A stretch of DNA of 54,096 nt from an uncultured virus (IMG/VR IMGVR_UViG_3300022923_001281) (lineage: Duplodnaviria > Heunggongvirae > Uroviricota > Caudoviricetes). The stretch lies in the IMG/VR virus record IMGVR_UViG_3300022923_001281. One strand, written 5' to 3'. The notes beneath the pieces were generated by a model. It made no database searches and was not told the origin of the DNA. It was given only the letters and a program-made list of their open reading frames with translations. The position numbers were made by a program, and so were the translations under genes. Of this stretch, positions 8,384 to 17,783 are shown one piece after another. Each line of letters opens with the position of its first letter. Position 1 is the stretch's first letter.

Positions 8384-9988
8384 ATGAAAACAAATCTCAC
8401 AGAATCGCAAAAAGACTACTCTGTATTTTTACCTAGTATCAGTGGATTTTATGCTACATTTATAGGCAAACAAAGATACAGCGAATACGTAGAGCAAGCA
8501 CGTATACCTAAAGGTATTGGCACTGTTGAAAGTCTTAATTTTTTGAATCCTAATGAAGGAGCGTTCCATTACAAATGGGCGCTCTATTCTGCTGGACATG
8601 CCGACTTAGATGTAACCAAGCATGTAGAAAAAGAAGATATGTGTCGTAACCGTGACAGAGATAATTCATGGTTGCTTGGTGACTCGGGTGGATTCCAAAT
8701 TGCTAAAGGATTATGGCCTGGTGATTGGACTAGTGAAACTTGTCCACATGCTAACAAGAAGCGTGAGCTGGTTGTAAACTGGATGGAAGCATATATGGAC
8801 TATGGTATGATGCTTGATATTCCAACATGGACATTCCAAAGTCCTAAAGCAGCCGAAGCAGCAAATATCCGTAGTTATGATGACGCTGTGAAAGCAACAC
8901 ACATTAATGCTCGTTATTATATGAAACATCGTCGAGGCAACTTTAAAGTATTAAACGTCCTACAAGGAAGTAATCATACAAACGCAGATAGTTGGTATGA
9001 AGAATTTAAAGGTTACTGTGATCCAAAACAATATCCTGATACACATTTTAATGGTTGGGCTATGGGTGGACAGAACATGTGTGATGTACACTTAATTTTG
9101 CGTAGACTAGTTCATATGATACATGACGGATTGTTAGAAGAAGGACTTCACGATGTGATGCACTTTCTTGGTACAAGCAAACTAGAGTGGGCTGTTCTAC
9201 TTACAGATATTCAACGAGCAGTGCGTAAATATCATAATCCTAATTTTATGATTACATATGATTGTGCGTCTCCATTCTTAGCTACTGCTAATGGACAAAT
9301 TTATCATAGTATTAGGACAGAACATACAGGCAAATGGAGTTACATGATGTCTGCTAGTGCTGATGCTTTATTGTACTCAACTGATACACGTAAATTTAGC
9401 GAAGCTGTTGTAGCAGATAAGATACTTCCAGCATTTGAGGATTCTCCTATAAGCGAAACACTACAAATGAAAGATATTTGTATCTATAAAGAAGGTGATA
9501 AAAACAAAGTTGGTGCTATTAAAGTCAAAGCAGGTGATGTCGAATTAGATAAAGAAGGCAATCCAGTGCTTGACGAAAATGGATCGCCAGATAAAGATGA
9601 CAAAGACTATAATCCAAATTATGGACAGCCTATAATTAGAAAAAAAGACAGCACAAGCTGGGATAGTTTTAGTTACGCACTACAAATGGGGCATAATGTT
9701 TGGATGCATATCGAAAGCACACAACGAGCAAACGAGCTTTATGATAAAGGAGAATATCCTTACATGATGGTGTATGATAAAAGTAATAATTATCATGTTT
9801 TTAGAGAAGTAGTAGACGAAATCTTTGCTCAAAAAGACAGAGAAAAAAGTTTAGCAGTTATTGACAAATATGGCACTGCTACTCAGCATCCTAGTTTATG
9901 GACACATATTATTGGCACTCGACTTAAAATTGGAAAAAAAGCACTTACAGCAGAGGCAAAATTTGACGAATTATTTGAGGTAAAATAA
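8384..9988 (+). CDS. dpdA: TGT-family DNA-guanine transglycosylase (DpdA-like)
   Basis: Catalytic GDSGGFQ, MMLDIP, LNVLQG, GWAMGG, MHFLG and TYDCASPF. folE and queE are in the same window. Confidence 0.85.
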   Translation: MKTNLTESQKDYSVFLPSISGFYATFIGKQRYSEYVEQARIPKGIGTVESLNFLNPNEGAFHYKWALYSAGHADLDVTKHVEKEDMCRNRDRDNSWLLGDSGGFQIAKGLWPGDWTSETCPHANKKRELVVNWMEAYMDYGMMLDIPTWTFQSPKAAEAANIRSYDDAVKATHINARYYMKHRRGNFKVLNVLQGSNHTNADSWYEEFKGYCDPKQYPDTHFNGWAMGGQNMCDVHLILRRLVHMIHDGLLEEGLHDVMHFLGTSKLEWAVLLTDIQRAVRKYHNPNFMITYDCASPFLATANGQIYHSIRTEHTGKWSYMMSASADALLYSTDTRKFSEAVVADKILPAFEDSPISETLQMKDICIYKEGDKNKVGAIKVKAGDVELDKEGNPVLDENGSPDKDDKDYNPNYGQPIIRKKDSTSWDSFSYALQMGHNVWMHIESTQRANELYDKGEYPYMMVYDKSNNYHVFREVVDEIFAQKDREKSLAVIDKYGTATQHPSLWTHIIGTRLKIGKKALTAEAKFDELFEVK

Positions 9989-10179
9989 TGACAGACATTG
10001 GAAGTATCGAAAGTCATATTAACGAATTGGTTAAAAAACATAGAAAACTTGATAACGATATTTTAGAGTTACAAAAATCATATACTGTAAACGAAGATAT
10101 ACGTAGGTTAAAAACACAGAAACTTTGGTACAAAGATGAAATACATCGTTATAAAAAAATACTTGAGAGTTTGAAATAA
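9988..10179 (+). CDS. DUF465/YdcH-like coiled-coil protein
   Basis: L.KKHRKLD..I...IRRLKTQKLWYKDEI pattern. Confidence 0.7.
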   Translation: MTDIGSIESHINELVKKHRKLDNDILELQKSYTVNEDIRRLKTQKLWYKDEIHRYKKILESLK

Positions 10180-10352
10180 TGGATGAAGAAGAAAAACGTT
10201 TAAGACTAGAAACTATTGAAATAGCATTAGAAGATATAGAAACTATTATTGCTAATATGGAAGAAAAAAACTATCCAAAAAATGAGATCAATGAATACTA
10301 TAAAAAACGTTGGGATCTTTGGCAGGAACAATATAGAACGAGGAAAGCATGA
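10179..10352 (+). CDS. 57-aa hypothetical protein (not in ORF track)
   Basis: MDEEEKRLRLETIEIAL...RTRKA, with TAATG and ATGA overlaps. Confidence 0.65.
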   Translation: MDEEEKRLRLETIEIALEDIETIIANMEEKNYPKNEINEYYKKRWDLWQEQYRTRKA

Positions 10353-10876
10353 AAAGAGTATATGATCAAGGAACTAATATTGAGGATGCTCAATACTTTG
10401 TCGGTACTGAAGTAGAAAAGACACCTCAACATGGAAAGAAAACATTGTTTGTTGTTGGGATCAAAGACATTGACGAAATTTGTACATTAGCCGAATACCA
10501 CGGTTGTAAACATATTTACTGTGGTGCTAACATGAGTTTTAATGTAACAGAAAATACAAGTAGCCAATGGAAACCTTGGGAAGATATGGTACTGCCTTTA
10601 CTGAGTAAAGGGTATTGGGTAACATTAGATATAGATGTTTCGCAAATTGAAGGCTTATTAGAAAGTGGATTTACAGAACATAATAGGTTTATTCCAATGG
10701 TAAGTGTGAAACTACCTTATATTAATCAATTAGGATATAATGCTTGTTTAAAAATTGATGATAAAGATTTTGATGCTACAAACCCTGGTGTATGGGTCCA
10801 TAAGGTACATGATTTACAAACACGTGAAACATTTACTGATTGGTCTAAATACACCACAGATACAATTATAGGTTGA
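10349..10876 (+). CDS. hypothetical protein in the dpdA cluster
   Basis: 175-aa ORF (FVGTEVEKTP, HIYCGANMSF, KIDDKDFDATNPGVW). Function not recognised. Confidence 0.8.
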   Translation: MKRVYDQGTNIEDAQYFVGTEVEKTPQHGKKTLFVVGIKDIDEICTLAEYHGCKHIYCGANMSFNVTENTSSQWKPWEDMVLPLLSKGYWVTLDIDVSQIEGLLESGFTEHNRFIPMVSVKLPYINQLGYNACLKIDDKDFDATNPGVWVHKVHDLQTRETFTDWSKYTTDTIIG

Positions 10877-10901
10877 CAATATGTCACAAGAACGCTATTA
10901 T
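10873..10901 (+). promoter_or_regulatory. sigma70-type promoter
   Basis: TTGACA-17-TATTAT on the upstream TGA stop. If active, the next gene would start downstream of 10881 (ATG 10908 or TTG 10941). Confidence 0.6.
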
Positions 10902-11330
10902 GAATACATGCTAAGACGCACAAGAGAGGAAGATGCTAAATTGAATAAAGCACTAGAAAATGCTAAACGTAGTATTTGGGTTACATTTCGTAAAGAAGGT
11001 ATCCATTTGTATCCTGCGGCAAAAGACGATCCAGCACTAGCAACAGGTGGCTGGGATGACGTAAGTTTTTTAGGTGTGGCTCATAGACACATCTTTCATT
11101 TTAAGGTACAAATTCAAGTTACACATAATGATCGTGACATTGAATTTATTCAGTTCAAGCGTTGGCTAGAAAGTCTTTATGACGACAAGGTTATTGAACT
11201 AAACCACAAATCATGTGAAATGATCGCAGATGACTTGTACACACAGATTAACGCAAAGTATCCCGGCCGCTTTGTTGTTATTGATGTCGCCGAAGATGGC
11301 GAAAATGGCTGTCAAATTGTTTACCCATAG
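10881..11330 (+). CDS. dpdL: QueD-like T-fold protein, probable DpdL-type CDG decarboxylase
   Basis: LGVAHRHIF (LxxxHRHxF rather than QueD CxxxHGH), SCEMIA and VAEDGENG. Confidence 0.6.
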   Translation: MSQERYYEYMLRRTREEDAKLNKALENAKRSIWVTFRKEGIHLYPAAKDDPALATGGWDDVSFLGVAHRHIFHFKVQIQVTHNDRDIEFIQFKRWLESLYDDKVIELNHKSCEMIADDLYTQINAKYPGRFVVIDVAEDGENGCQIVYP

Positions 11331-11348
11331 TAAAAAGGAATTAGGTAA

Positions 11349-11537
11349 ATGAGTATCACTAACCAAGTGGTGAATAAGATTTTTAATGATCTTGATGAGT
11401 ATCGCGACTACTGTCGTTTTGAAGGTAAAGTGTTTGACGAAAAAGCACTTTATAAAAAGTCTGACCGCAATTGGCAGGCTTATGAAAAATATCGTAATTG
11501 GCTTCGTGCTAAGGCTCGGGCGAAAGGACGTAGATAA
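11349..11537 (+). CDS. hypothetical protein
   Basis: 62-aa ORF with RBS. TAATG overlap with the glycosyltransferase gene. Confidence 0.7.
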   Translation: MSITNQVVNKIFNDLDEYRDYCRFEGKVFDEKALYKKSDRNWQAYEKYRNWLRAKARAKGRR

Positions 11538-12712
11538 TGCGTAAACTGTTTTACATGGGACTAGAACCCTATGAAGGCAGGTACACATTACAATTGACAG
11601 ACTGGTCACGTAGAGCTTTTGTTCGACGTGGTGTTGATTGGATAAATGTACCTGGTACAACTATTGACAACACAAAAGCTATTCAAGTAGGTCAAGTATT
11701 AGACGCACATGGCCGTTCCTACTTTGCTATGTCGCAAATGATGAACTTGGTACAAATGATGCGTAACGGTGAAGTCACAGGCGAAGATGTTATTTTCTTT
11801 GAAGACATGTTCCAGCCCGGTATGGAATCGTTGCCTTACATTATGGATCAGATTCCCACAGAACAACGTCCACAAGTTTGGATTCGTTGTTTAGCACAAG
11901 CAATTGATCCAGATGACTTTGTACACGTTTGGGGTATGAGCAAGTGGATGAGTTTGTATGAAGAAATGTGTAACGAGTTTGTTACTGGTGTATTAGCAAG
12001 TAATGAAGAAATGGTTGCGCATATGAAGATTGCTAACTGGAAAGCGCCTATTTACAACATCAGTGGACTAGCATTTGATAAGACAGAAGTTGCGCTACGG
12101 ATTGGTGAAATCAATACTTGGGAAAAGCGTGATAATCGTGTTGTGTTTGCCGCACGTTTTGATCAAGAAAAACAGCCAGATTTCTTTATGGATATGATTG
12201 AAGAATGGTACGGCACTCCAGGTACAATGGATGTAGAATTTGCTATTTTACAGGGTGGTCCATTACGCAGTAACAATCAAAAGTACATTGAACGTGCTAG
12301 AAAAATGGAAGAGCGTGGACAATTAAAAATTTATGAAAATTTAAAGAAAAATGAATACTATGATATTGTAAATCACAGCAAAGTTTTGTTTAATTGTGCG
12401 TTACAAGATTGGACAAGTAATACTGTAAGTGAAGCAGACGCACTAGGATGTAATGTACTATTCCCAGCATATCGCAGTTTTCCAGAAATCTTCAATAACG
12501 ATCATACAAGGCTGTATATTCCTTGGAGCATTGAAGACGCAATAAACAAACTTACACCTTTACTAAATCAGCCACACAAAGATATTGGTAAAATTAGTGA
12601 TTGGACAAGCTACACTATTGATCGTTACATTGATATTATGAATGGTAACGGAGAACAATGGCGTAGAGATGATAACAGATATAGAGATCATGTAGCAACA
12701 AGGAAATACTAA
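11537..12712 (+). CDS. GT-B (GT4-like) glycosyltransferase
   Basis: VVFAARFDQEKQP and SKVLFNCALQDWTSNTVSEADALGCNVLFP..RSFPE, the GT4-type donor-binding region. Confidence 0.8.
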   Translation: MRKLFYMGLEPYEGRYTLQLTDWSRRAFVRRGVDWINVPGTTIDNTKAIQVGQVLDAHGRSYFAMSQMMNLVQMMRNGEVTGEDVIFFEDMFQPGMESLPYIMDQIPTEQRPQVWIRCLAQAIDPDDFVHVWGMSKWMSLYEEMCNEFVTGVLASNEEMVAHMKIANWKAPIYNISGLAFDKTEVALRIGEINTWEKRDNRVVFAARFDQEKQPDFFMDMIEEWYGTPGTMDVEFAILQGGPLRSNNQKYIERARKMEERGQLKIYENLKKNEYYDIVNHSKVLFNCALQDWTSNTVSEADALGCNVLFPAYRSFPEIFNNDHTRLYIPWSIEDAINKLTPLLNQPHKDIGKISDWTSYTIDRYIDIMNGNGEQWRRDDNRYRDHVATRKY

Positions 12713-13182
12713 TGAAAGAGTATTACTTCCCTTTAGCAAAGTATGCTGCTCCGGCACAGTTTAAAACTGAAATGGAACAACTTGGAATACATAGGTATAT
12801 TTACGCCATCATTGATACACAAGAACTGTTGAAATGGGGACTAGGTACAGGTGATCGCATTCCAAGACAAGTAGAAGGCATGGAAGGCTGGACACACAAG
12901 TTTAATGGATTTGCTGCTAAACAATTACGCAAGGAATTAGTTGAAAATCGTTTGGATATTGTTCGCAACGACATTACAATTTGTGTAAGAGATTATACAG
13001 ATGAGTTTAATGAGCGTTGGGATACTTATGGAAAAGAATTTGCCGAAGCTTTCCTTAGCAATAGAGAACGTGATGCTATTTTAGCAGAAAAAAGACGTCC
13101 TTTGCTAAACAAACAAGTTCCTAAAAAGCGTATCGAAAAGCCCAGTACAGTGGATGGTCCTTTATTTGAGTTTGCTACATGA
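12712..13182 (+). CDS. putative GIY-YIG-superfamily nuclease-like protein
   Basis: YIYAI...LLKWG...DRIPRQ and E..AI.....PLLN echo GIY-YIG motifs. Confidence 0.4.
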   Translation: MKEYYFPLAKYAAPAQFKTEMEQLGIHRYIYAIIDTQELLKWGLGTGDRIPRQVEGMEGWTHKFNGFAAKQLRKELVENRLDIVRNDITICVRDYTDEFNERWDTYGKEFAEAFLSNRERDAILAEKRRPLLNKQVPKKRIEKPSTVDGPLFEFAT

Positions 13183-14057
13183 GAGTACTTGTTACAGGCG
13201 CAACAGGTTATATCGGTAGTCATGTATGTAAACTACTAGCAGAGCACGGACATGAAGTTTGGGGTTTTGACAAAAACATACACGGCGAATTTAATGATGT
13301 AGAACATTATTGCCATAAGTTTTGGATTCAAGATATTATGGACAAATACTTACATGGCAGAGCTGATGCTGTTGTACATTTGGCAGGACGCAGTGTTGTT
13401 CCAGACAGTCTTAAAGAGCCTACTGAGTACTATAGAGTAAATGTTATGGGTACAAAAAATGCTGTGGAAAGTTTACAGCATGATCATTTTTTATTTGCCA
13501 GCACTAGCAGTGCTTGGGAAATGGCATCACCATATGCTCGTAGCAAAGTGGCAGCAGAAGATGTGATAAAGGAGAAAGCCAATGGATACACTATCTTTAG
13601 ATTTTTTAACGTATCTGGTACTGACGGCGTTCATCGTCAATTGGGTGCTCCTACCCATCTTATTCGTGTCGCTGCTATGGTGGCTTCTGGCAAGATACCA
13701 GACCTTAAGATCTTTGGTACGGACTATGATACTAGGGATGGCACTTGCATTCGTGATTATATTCATGTTGTTGATTTGGCTAGAGCCATTGTCAACGCCG
13801 TTGAACGAGGCCCCGCCAATACACCGTATGAATGTTTAGGCAGTAATGTTGGGTATAGTGTTAAGGAAGTAATTAGCACTATGGAAAATGTTACTGGGAA
13901 GAAGTTAAATACCATAGAAGCACCTCGCAGAGAAGGTGACGCCGTCAGTAGTGTAGTAGATAAACTCAGCGATCTTGTTACACTTAATAAAACAATAGAG
14001 GATATGTGTTATGACCAATATAAGCTCGAGCTCCGTAAGCACAATTACGTTGTCTGA
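13179..14057 (+). CDS. galE: UDP-glucose 4-epimerase
   Basis: TGATGYIGSH, HLAG, YARSK, FRFFNV and DGTCIRDYIHV.DLA. Confidence 0.92.
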   Translation: MRVLVTGATGYIGSHVCKLLAEHGHEVWGFDKNIHGEFNDVEHYCHKFWIQDIMDKYLHGRADAVVHLAGRSVVPDSLKEPTEYYRVNVMGTKNAVESLQHDHFLFASTSSAWEMASPYARSKVAAEDVIKEKANGYTIFRFFNVSGTDGVHRQLGAPTHLIRVAAMVASGKIPDLKIFGTDYDTRDGTCIRDYIHVVDLARAIVNAVERGPANTPYECLGSNVGYSVKEVISTMENVTGKKLNTIEAPRREGDAVSSVVDKLSDLVTLNKTIEDMCYDQYKLELRKHNYVV

Positions 14058-14334
14058 ATGTAATACAACGTGTGATATATCTATTAATACTGATCTTTTA
14101 ACAATTGATACAAATGATATTGAGGATATAGTATTAACAATAGATGAGGATTCAACCTTTACTATTGGATATAAAGATTTTCAAGACAAAATGCCCGATA
14201 TAACCAAAGTACACAACATGTGCGGATACTATCCAGCTTTACAAAAAGCATATGAAAATTTTAAAAGCATTTATCAAATGGTAGAACAGGATTATATTGG
14301 AAATTATCAAGAAGACGATGAACTTCCATTCTAG
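14011..14334 (+). CDS. hypothetical protein
   Basis: 107-aa ORF with a YPALQKAYENFK motif. Confidence 0.65.
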   Translation: MTNISSSSVSTITLSECNTTCDISINTDLLTIDTNDIEDIVLTIDEDSTFTIGYKDFQDKMPDITKVHNMCGYYPALQKAYENFKSIYQMVEQDYIGNYQEDDELPF

Positions 14335-15250
14335 TTGTTCAGCACTTTATAGTCATACTAATATAAGGGGAGGCAATCGTGTCTTCCCTTGTTGTCGTTA
14401 CAAAACACCTATACAAACATTTGACGGCGATGTAGGTAATATATTACACAGCAAAGAATATAAAGAACTACGTGAAAACTTTACTATTGATGATCCAAAT
14501 TGTGCTAAATGTAAGCATGAAGAAAGTTTGGGTAAAGAAAGTTTACGTGAATGGTTTAACAAAACTTATCCTTTTACAGTTTCGTTAAGGTATTTAGAAG
14601 TAGGCTTTGACAACATATGTGATCTAACATGTGATGGGTGCTGGGAGGAATGGAGTAGTAGTTGGTGGGTAAAGAAAAACCCTGATCTTCCTCCAAAGCA
14701 AGGAATTACAAGCACTACAGAATTTAGAAATATACCAGAAAGTATTAGCAAAGTTGTTTTCCTTGGTGGAGAACCTTTAATGACAAACAGACATAGGAAG
14801 TTCTTGGAATCATTTGATACCTTAGAGCATTTAGAGGTCGAATACTTCACTAACGGTATGCATAAACTACAAGAAGATGATTATCGTTTACTTGATCAAT
14901 GTAAGCGTGTTCATTTTACTATAAGTATTGACGGAGTAGGCGTACTTAATGAAAACGTGCGTAAGGGAAGTATTTGGAGTAGAGTGTTAAAAACACTAGA
15001 AGAAATATCAGATACTTTTGACTACACTATTCATACAACACTACACAAAAATAACTGGCAAGGATTGCCTGATTTGTTTAATTTTACAAAAAAATATAAA
15101 AAATGGACAATAAATCTCTTGACATATCCAAAAAATTTAGATATAATAAACTTAGAGCAGTCTGATAAAGATAAACTTATAAAAATACTTAAAACATATG
15201 AAATACCAAATAGGCAATATATTGAGGCGCACATGAAAGGAGAAGCATGA
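14318..15250 (+). CDS. radical SAM enzyme with N-terminal SPASM/twitch-like Cys cluster
   Basis: CDLTCDGC (CxxxCxxC), GGEP, TNG, ISIDG and N-terminal C...PCC...CAKC. Confidence 0.88.
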   Translation: MNFHSSCSALYSHTNIRGGNRVFPCCRYKTPIQTFDGDVGNILHSKEYKELRENFTIDDPNCAKCKHEESLGKESLREWFNKTYPFTVSLRYLEVGFDNICDLTCDGCWEEWSSSWWVKKNPDLPPKQGITSTTEFRNIPESISKVVFLGGEPLMTNRHRKFLESFDTLEHLEVEYFTNGMHKLQEDDYRLLDQCKRVHFTISIDGVGVLNENVRKGSIWSRVLKTLEEISDTFDYTIHTTLHKNNWQGLPDLFNFTKKYKKWTINLLTYPKNLDIINLEQSDKDKLIKILKTYEIPNRQYIEAHMKGEA

Positions 15251-15861
15251 TGGACATGCGCAGTTACGAGGAGTGGCAATCACATGCTGCTGAACAAAGT
15301 TCAGTAGAAGAAGTCACTTGGAGCAAAAACGATTTACTTACCCTTAACTGGGATGCTACTTATATGACAGATGAAATTCCAAAAAATAGTGATTGGAATA
15401 CATTTGCTACAAAAAACAAAAAACAATTAGAAGCAATGTACAAACAATGGGGAGTACCTAAGGAAGGTAGTTTACATTATATGTGTATTAGACCTGAATT
15501 AACAAAAGGTTTAAGTTCTATTGTTACACCCTTTGCTCATATGAAGTTTAATTACAATTTTTTGAAGCTAACATCTGGATGTAGTTTGATGTGGCATTTT
15601 GACACTTATGCTACGTTTGTTAAATTTAACGGAATAGAAGAAGACAATGTTCATAATGTCTGTCGTACAGTAATAATGATGAACGATTGGGACAGAGGTC
15701 AAGTATTACAAGTTGGCAATGAAGTATATACACACTGGGAAGCAGGTGATACATATACATGGAAAGGTGATACATGGCATGGTATGTCTAATTTTGGTCC
15801 AAACGATTGTATAGTATCACAGATCACTTTTTTGGACGAAAATGACAAATATACCCAATGA
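15247..15861 (+). CDS. Fe/2OG oxygenase-like protein
   Basis: WHFD...WHGMSN. Looks paralogous to 1574..2077. Confidence 0.7.
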   Translation: MMDMRSYEEWQSHAAEQSSVEEVTWSKNDLLTLNWDATYMTDEIPKNSDWNTFATKNKKQLEAMYKQWGVPKEGSLHYMCIRPELTKGLSSIVTPFAHMKFNYNFLKLTSGCSLMWHFDTYATFVKFNGIEEDNVHNVCRTVIMMNDWDRGQVLQVGNEVYTHWEAGDTYTWKGDTWHGMSNFGPNDCIVSQITFLDENDKYTQ

Positions 15862-16744
15862 TAAACGTGGAATGGATTTTGGTAGTGCGTTTGCTATTCA
15901 AGAACCTGAGTCTTTAAAATTACTAAGACAACCTTTAGATTTACAATGCGTCAATAGTGATAGTATTATTGACGAATTTCTTTATGATTACAACAAATGG
16001 ATCAATAGCACTACTACAAATAACATAACTGGATTAGAAGATTTTCCATTTAAATGTTATAGTAATGGAACTACAGAAGCATTTGATAAATTTTATATGA
16101 AAAATGCTAAGAGGCGATTTAGATGCTTCAAAGGCGAGTATATGTATCATAAACTTGCTTGGCGTGATAAATTTGTTTGGTCATACTTAGAAGATGACGA
16201 ACTACATAAAGCAGATGCTGTTGTAATTAGTTTACCATTTGCTGATACTGGAAATAAACACGAGAAATATCACGACTTAATGCGGCAGTGTAGCGAACTA
16301 AACGTTCCTGTACTAGTTGATTGTGCTTACTTTGGTGTTTGTAGAGATATTCATATCGACGTAGCTTACAAATGTATTACTGATGTGACTTTTAGTTTAA
16401 GTAAAAGTTTTCCGTTAGCATATGCTAGAATTGGGATAAGATATACTAAGGTTGACGATGATGATACTATGTTTGTGTATCATAAAATCAATTATAATAA
16501 CAAAATTGGTGCGAGTTTAGGATTAAAATTTTTAAACTATTTTACTCCAGATTATATGTCTAATAAATATCTTGACAAACAAGCAGAATTCTGTAATACT
16601 TTAAATGTAACACCGAGTAAAACAGTGCTATTTGGTATCGATAACAACAATCAATATCCTCAGTATAACAGAGGCGGAACTACAAACAGATTAAGTTTCC
16701 ACAAACAATATATAAAAGGACTAGATATTGCCAGTACAAAGTAA
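15842..16744 (+). CDS. short fold-type-I PLP-dependent enzyme
   Basis: NGTTEAF, VLVDCAY, FSLSK (Schiff-base Lys) and RIG. Confidence 0.8.
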   Translation: MTNIPNDKRGMDFGSAFAIQEPESLKLLRQPLDLQCVNSDSIIDEFLYDYNKWINSTTTNNITGLEDFPFKCYSNGTTEAFDKFYMKNAKRRFRCFKGEYMYHKLAWRDKFVWSYLEDDELHKADAVVISLPFADTGNKHEKYHDLMRQCSELNVPVLVDCAYFGVCRDIHIDVAYKCITDVTFSLSKSFPLAYARIGIRYTKVDDDDTMFVYHKINYNNKIGASLGLKFLNYFTPDYMSNKYLDKQAEFCNTLNVTPSKTVLFGIDNNNQYPQYNRGGTTNRLSFHKQYIKGLDIASTK

Positions 16745-17783
16745 CAACGATTGGGATCCATTAGAAGAAATTATTATTGGCACTGCCGATAACTGTGTAC
16801 ATCCTACTATGAACAAAAGCACACATAGTTTTATCTATGGAGGCGAACAATATGAAGATATTAAACATTTTAACGGACAACCTATTGCTCAATGGATTGT
16901 AGATGAAGCAAACGAAGATCTAGAAGGATTGGAAAAGTGCTTACAAGGATTGGGTGTAAAAACAATGCGTCCAGATCCTGTGGATCACAATCAAAAGTTT
17001 AGCACACCTGAATGGGAAACAACTGGCTGGTATACATTCTGTCCAAGAGACCTGTTATTACCGTTGGATAATATGATTATTGAATGTCCTAGTCCAATGC
17101 GGGCACGTTATTTTGAAACTAGAGCATATTACGAACACCTGTATCGCTGGATGAAAGAAGGTGTACAATGGATCAATGCTCCTAAACCTATTCTAACTGA
17201 TGACAACTATCAACTGGAGGATCGCAGTGAAGCAACGCTTGTTAACAAAGAAATTATTTTTGATGCTCCTAATATCGTTCGTCTTGGCCGCGATCTTCTC
17301 TGCCAAGTTAGCAATAGTGGTAACCAACTTGGCTTTGAGTGGCTAAAGACTATACTAGAACCCAAAGGCTATCGTATCCACGTAGCAGAAAAGTATTACA
17401 GTTTTGCACACTTTGACAGCACAGTGTTACCTTTGCGTCCAGGACTAGTGTTGTTAAACGCAGGACGTTTAAGTGAAGATTGGTATCCACCTATCTTTAA
17501 GGATTGGGATAAAATTTGGGTAGGCGAAGAAGATCTACACGTACCGCCAGCAAACACAGGTGTTGCTCCTTGTTCTCCGTATATTGGATTGAACTTTTTA
17601 AGTGTCAATCCGGAACTTGTTATTGTAGATGAAAAGCAAGAATCACTAAGACGTATACTAGGCAAGCACGGTATCGAAACTATTGGGTTACCAATGCGTC
17701 AAGCACGTAGCATGAGTGGTGGATTTCACTGTGCTACACTAGACACTAAACGCAAAGGGAGTTTAGAAGATTATTTTAGATGA
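16728..17783 (+). CDS. L-arginine amidinotransferase (AGAT/StrB1 family)
   Basis: NDWDPLEEIIIG, CPRD, FDAPN, HFDSTVLPLRPG and GGFHCATLD (Asp/His/Cys triad). Confidence 0.92.
   Translation: MPVQSNNDWDPLEEIIIGTADNCVHPTMNKSTHSFIYGGEQYEDIKHFNGQPIAQWIVDEANEDLEGLEKCLQGLGVKTMRPDPVDHNQKFSTPEWETTGWYTFCPRDLLLPLDNMIIECPSPMRARYFETRAYYEHLYRWMKEGVQWINAPKPILTDDNYQLEDRSEATLVNKEIIFDAPNIVRLGRDLLCQVSNSGNQLGFEWLKTILEPKGYRIHVAEKYYSFAHFDSTVLPLRPGLVLLNAGRLSEDWYPPIFKDWDKIWVGEEDLHVPPANTGVAPCSPYIGLNFLSVNPELVIVDEKQESLRRILGKHGIETIGLPMRQARSMSGGFHCATLDTKRKGSLEDYFR

Noticed and set aside
8384..9988. Ordinary tRNA-modifying Tgt for queuosine
   Set aside because: No CxCxxC Zn site of bacterial Tgt, no queA/queF/queG or tRNAs in the window, and it sits beside replication genes. 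A DNA substrate is more likely, though untested.
13582..13839. Hydrophobic 85-aa ORF inside galE that looks like a holin or membrane protein
   Set aside because: Same shifted-frame artefact, also seen inside folE (20838) and the AAA gene (26585). No independent support.
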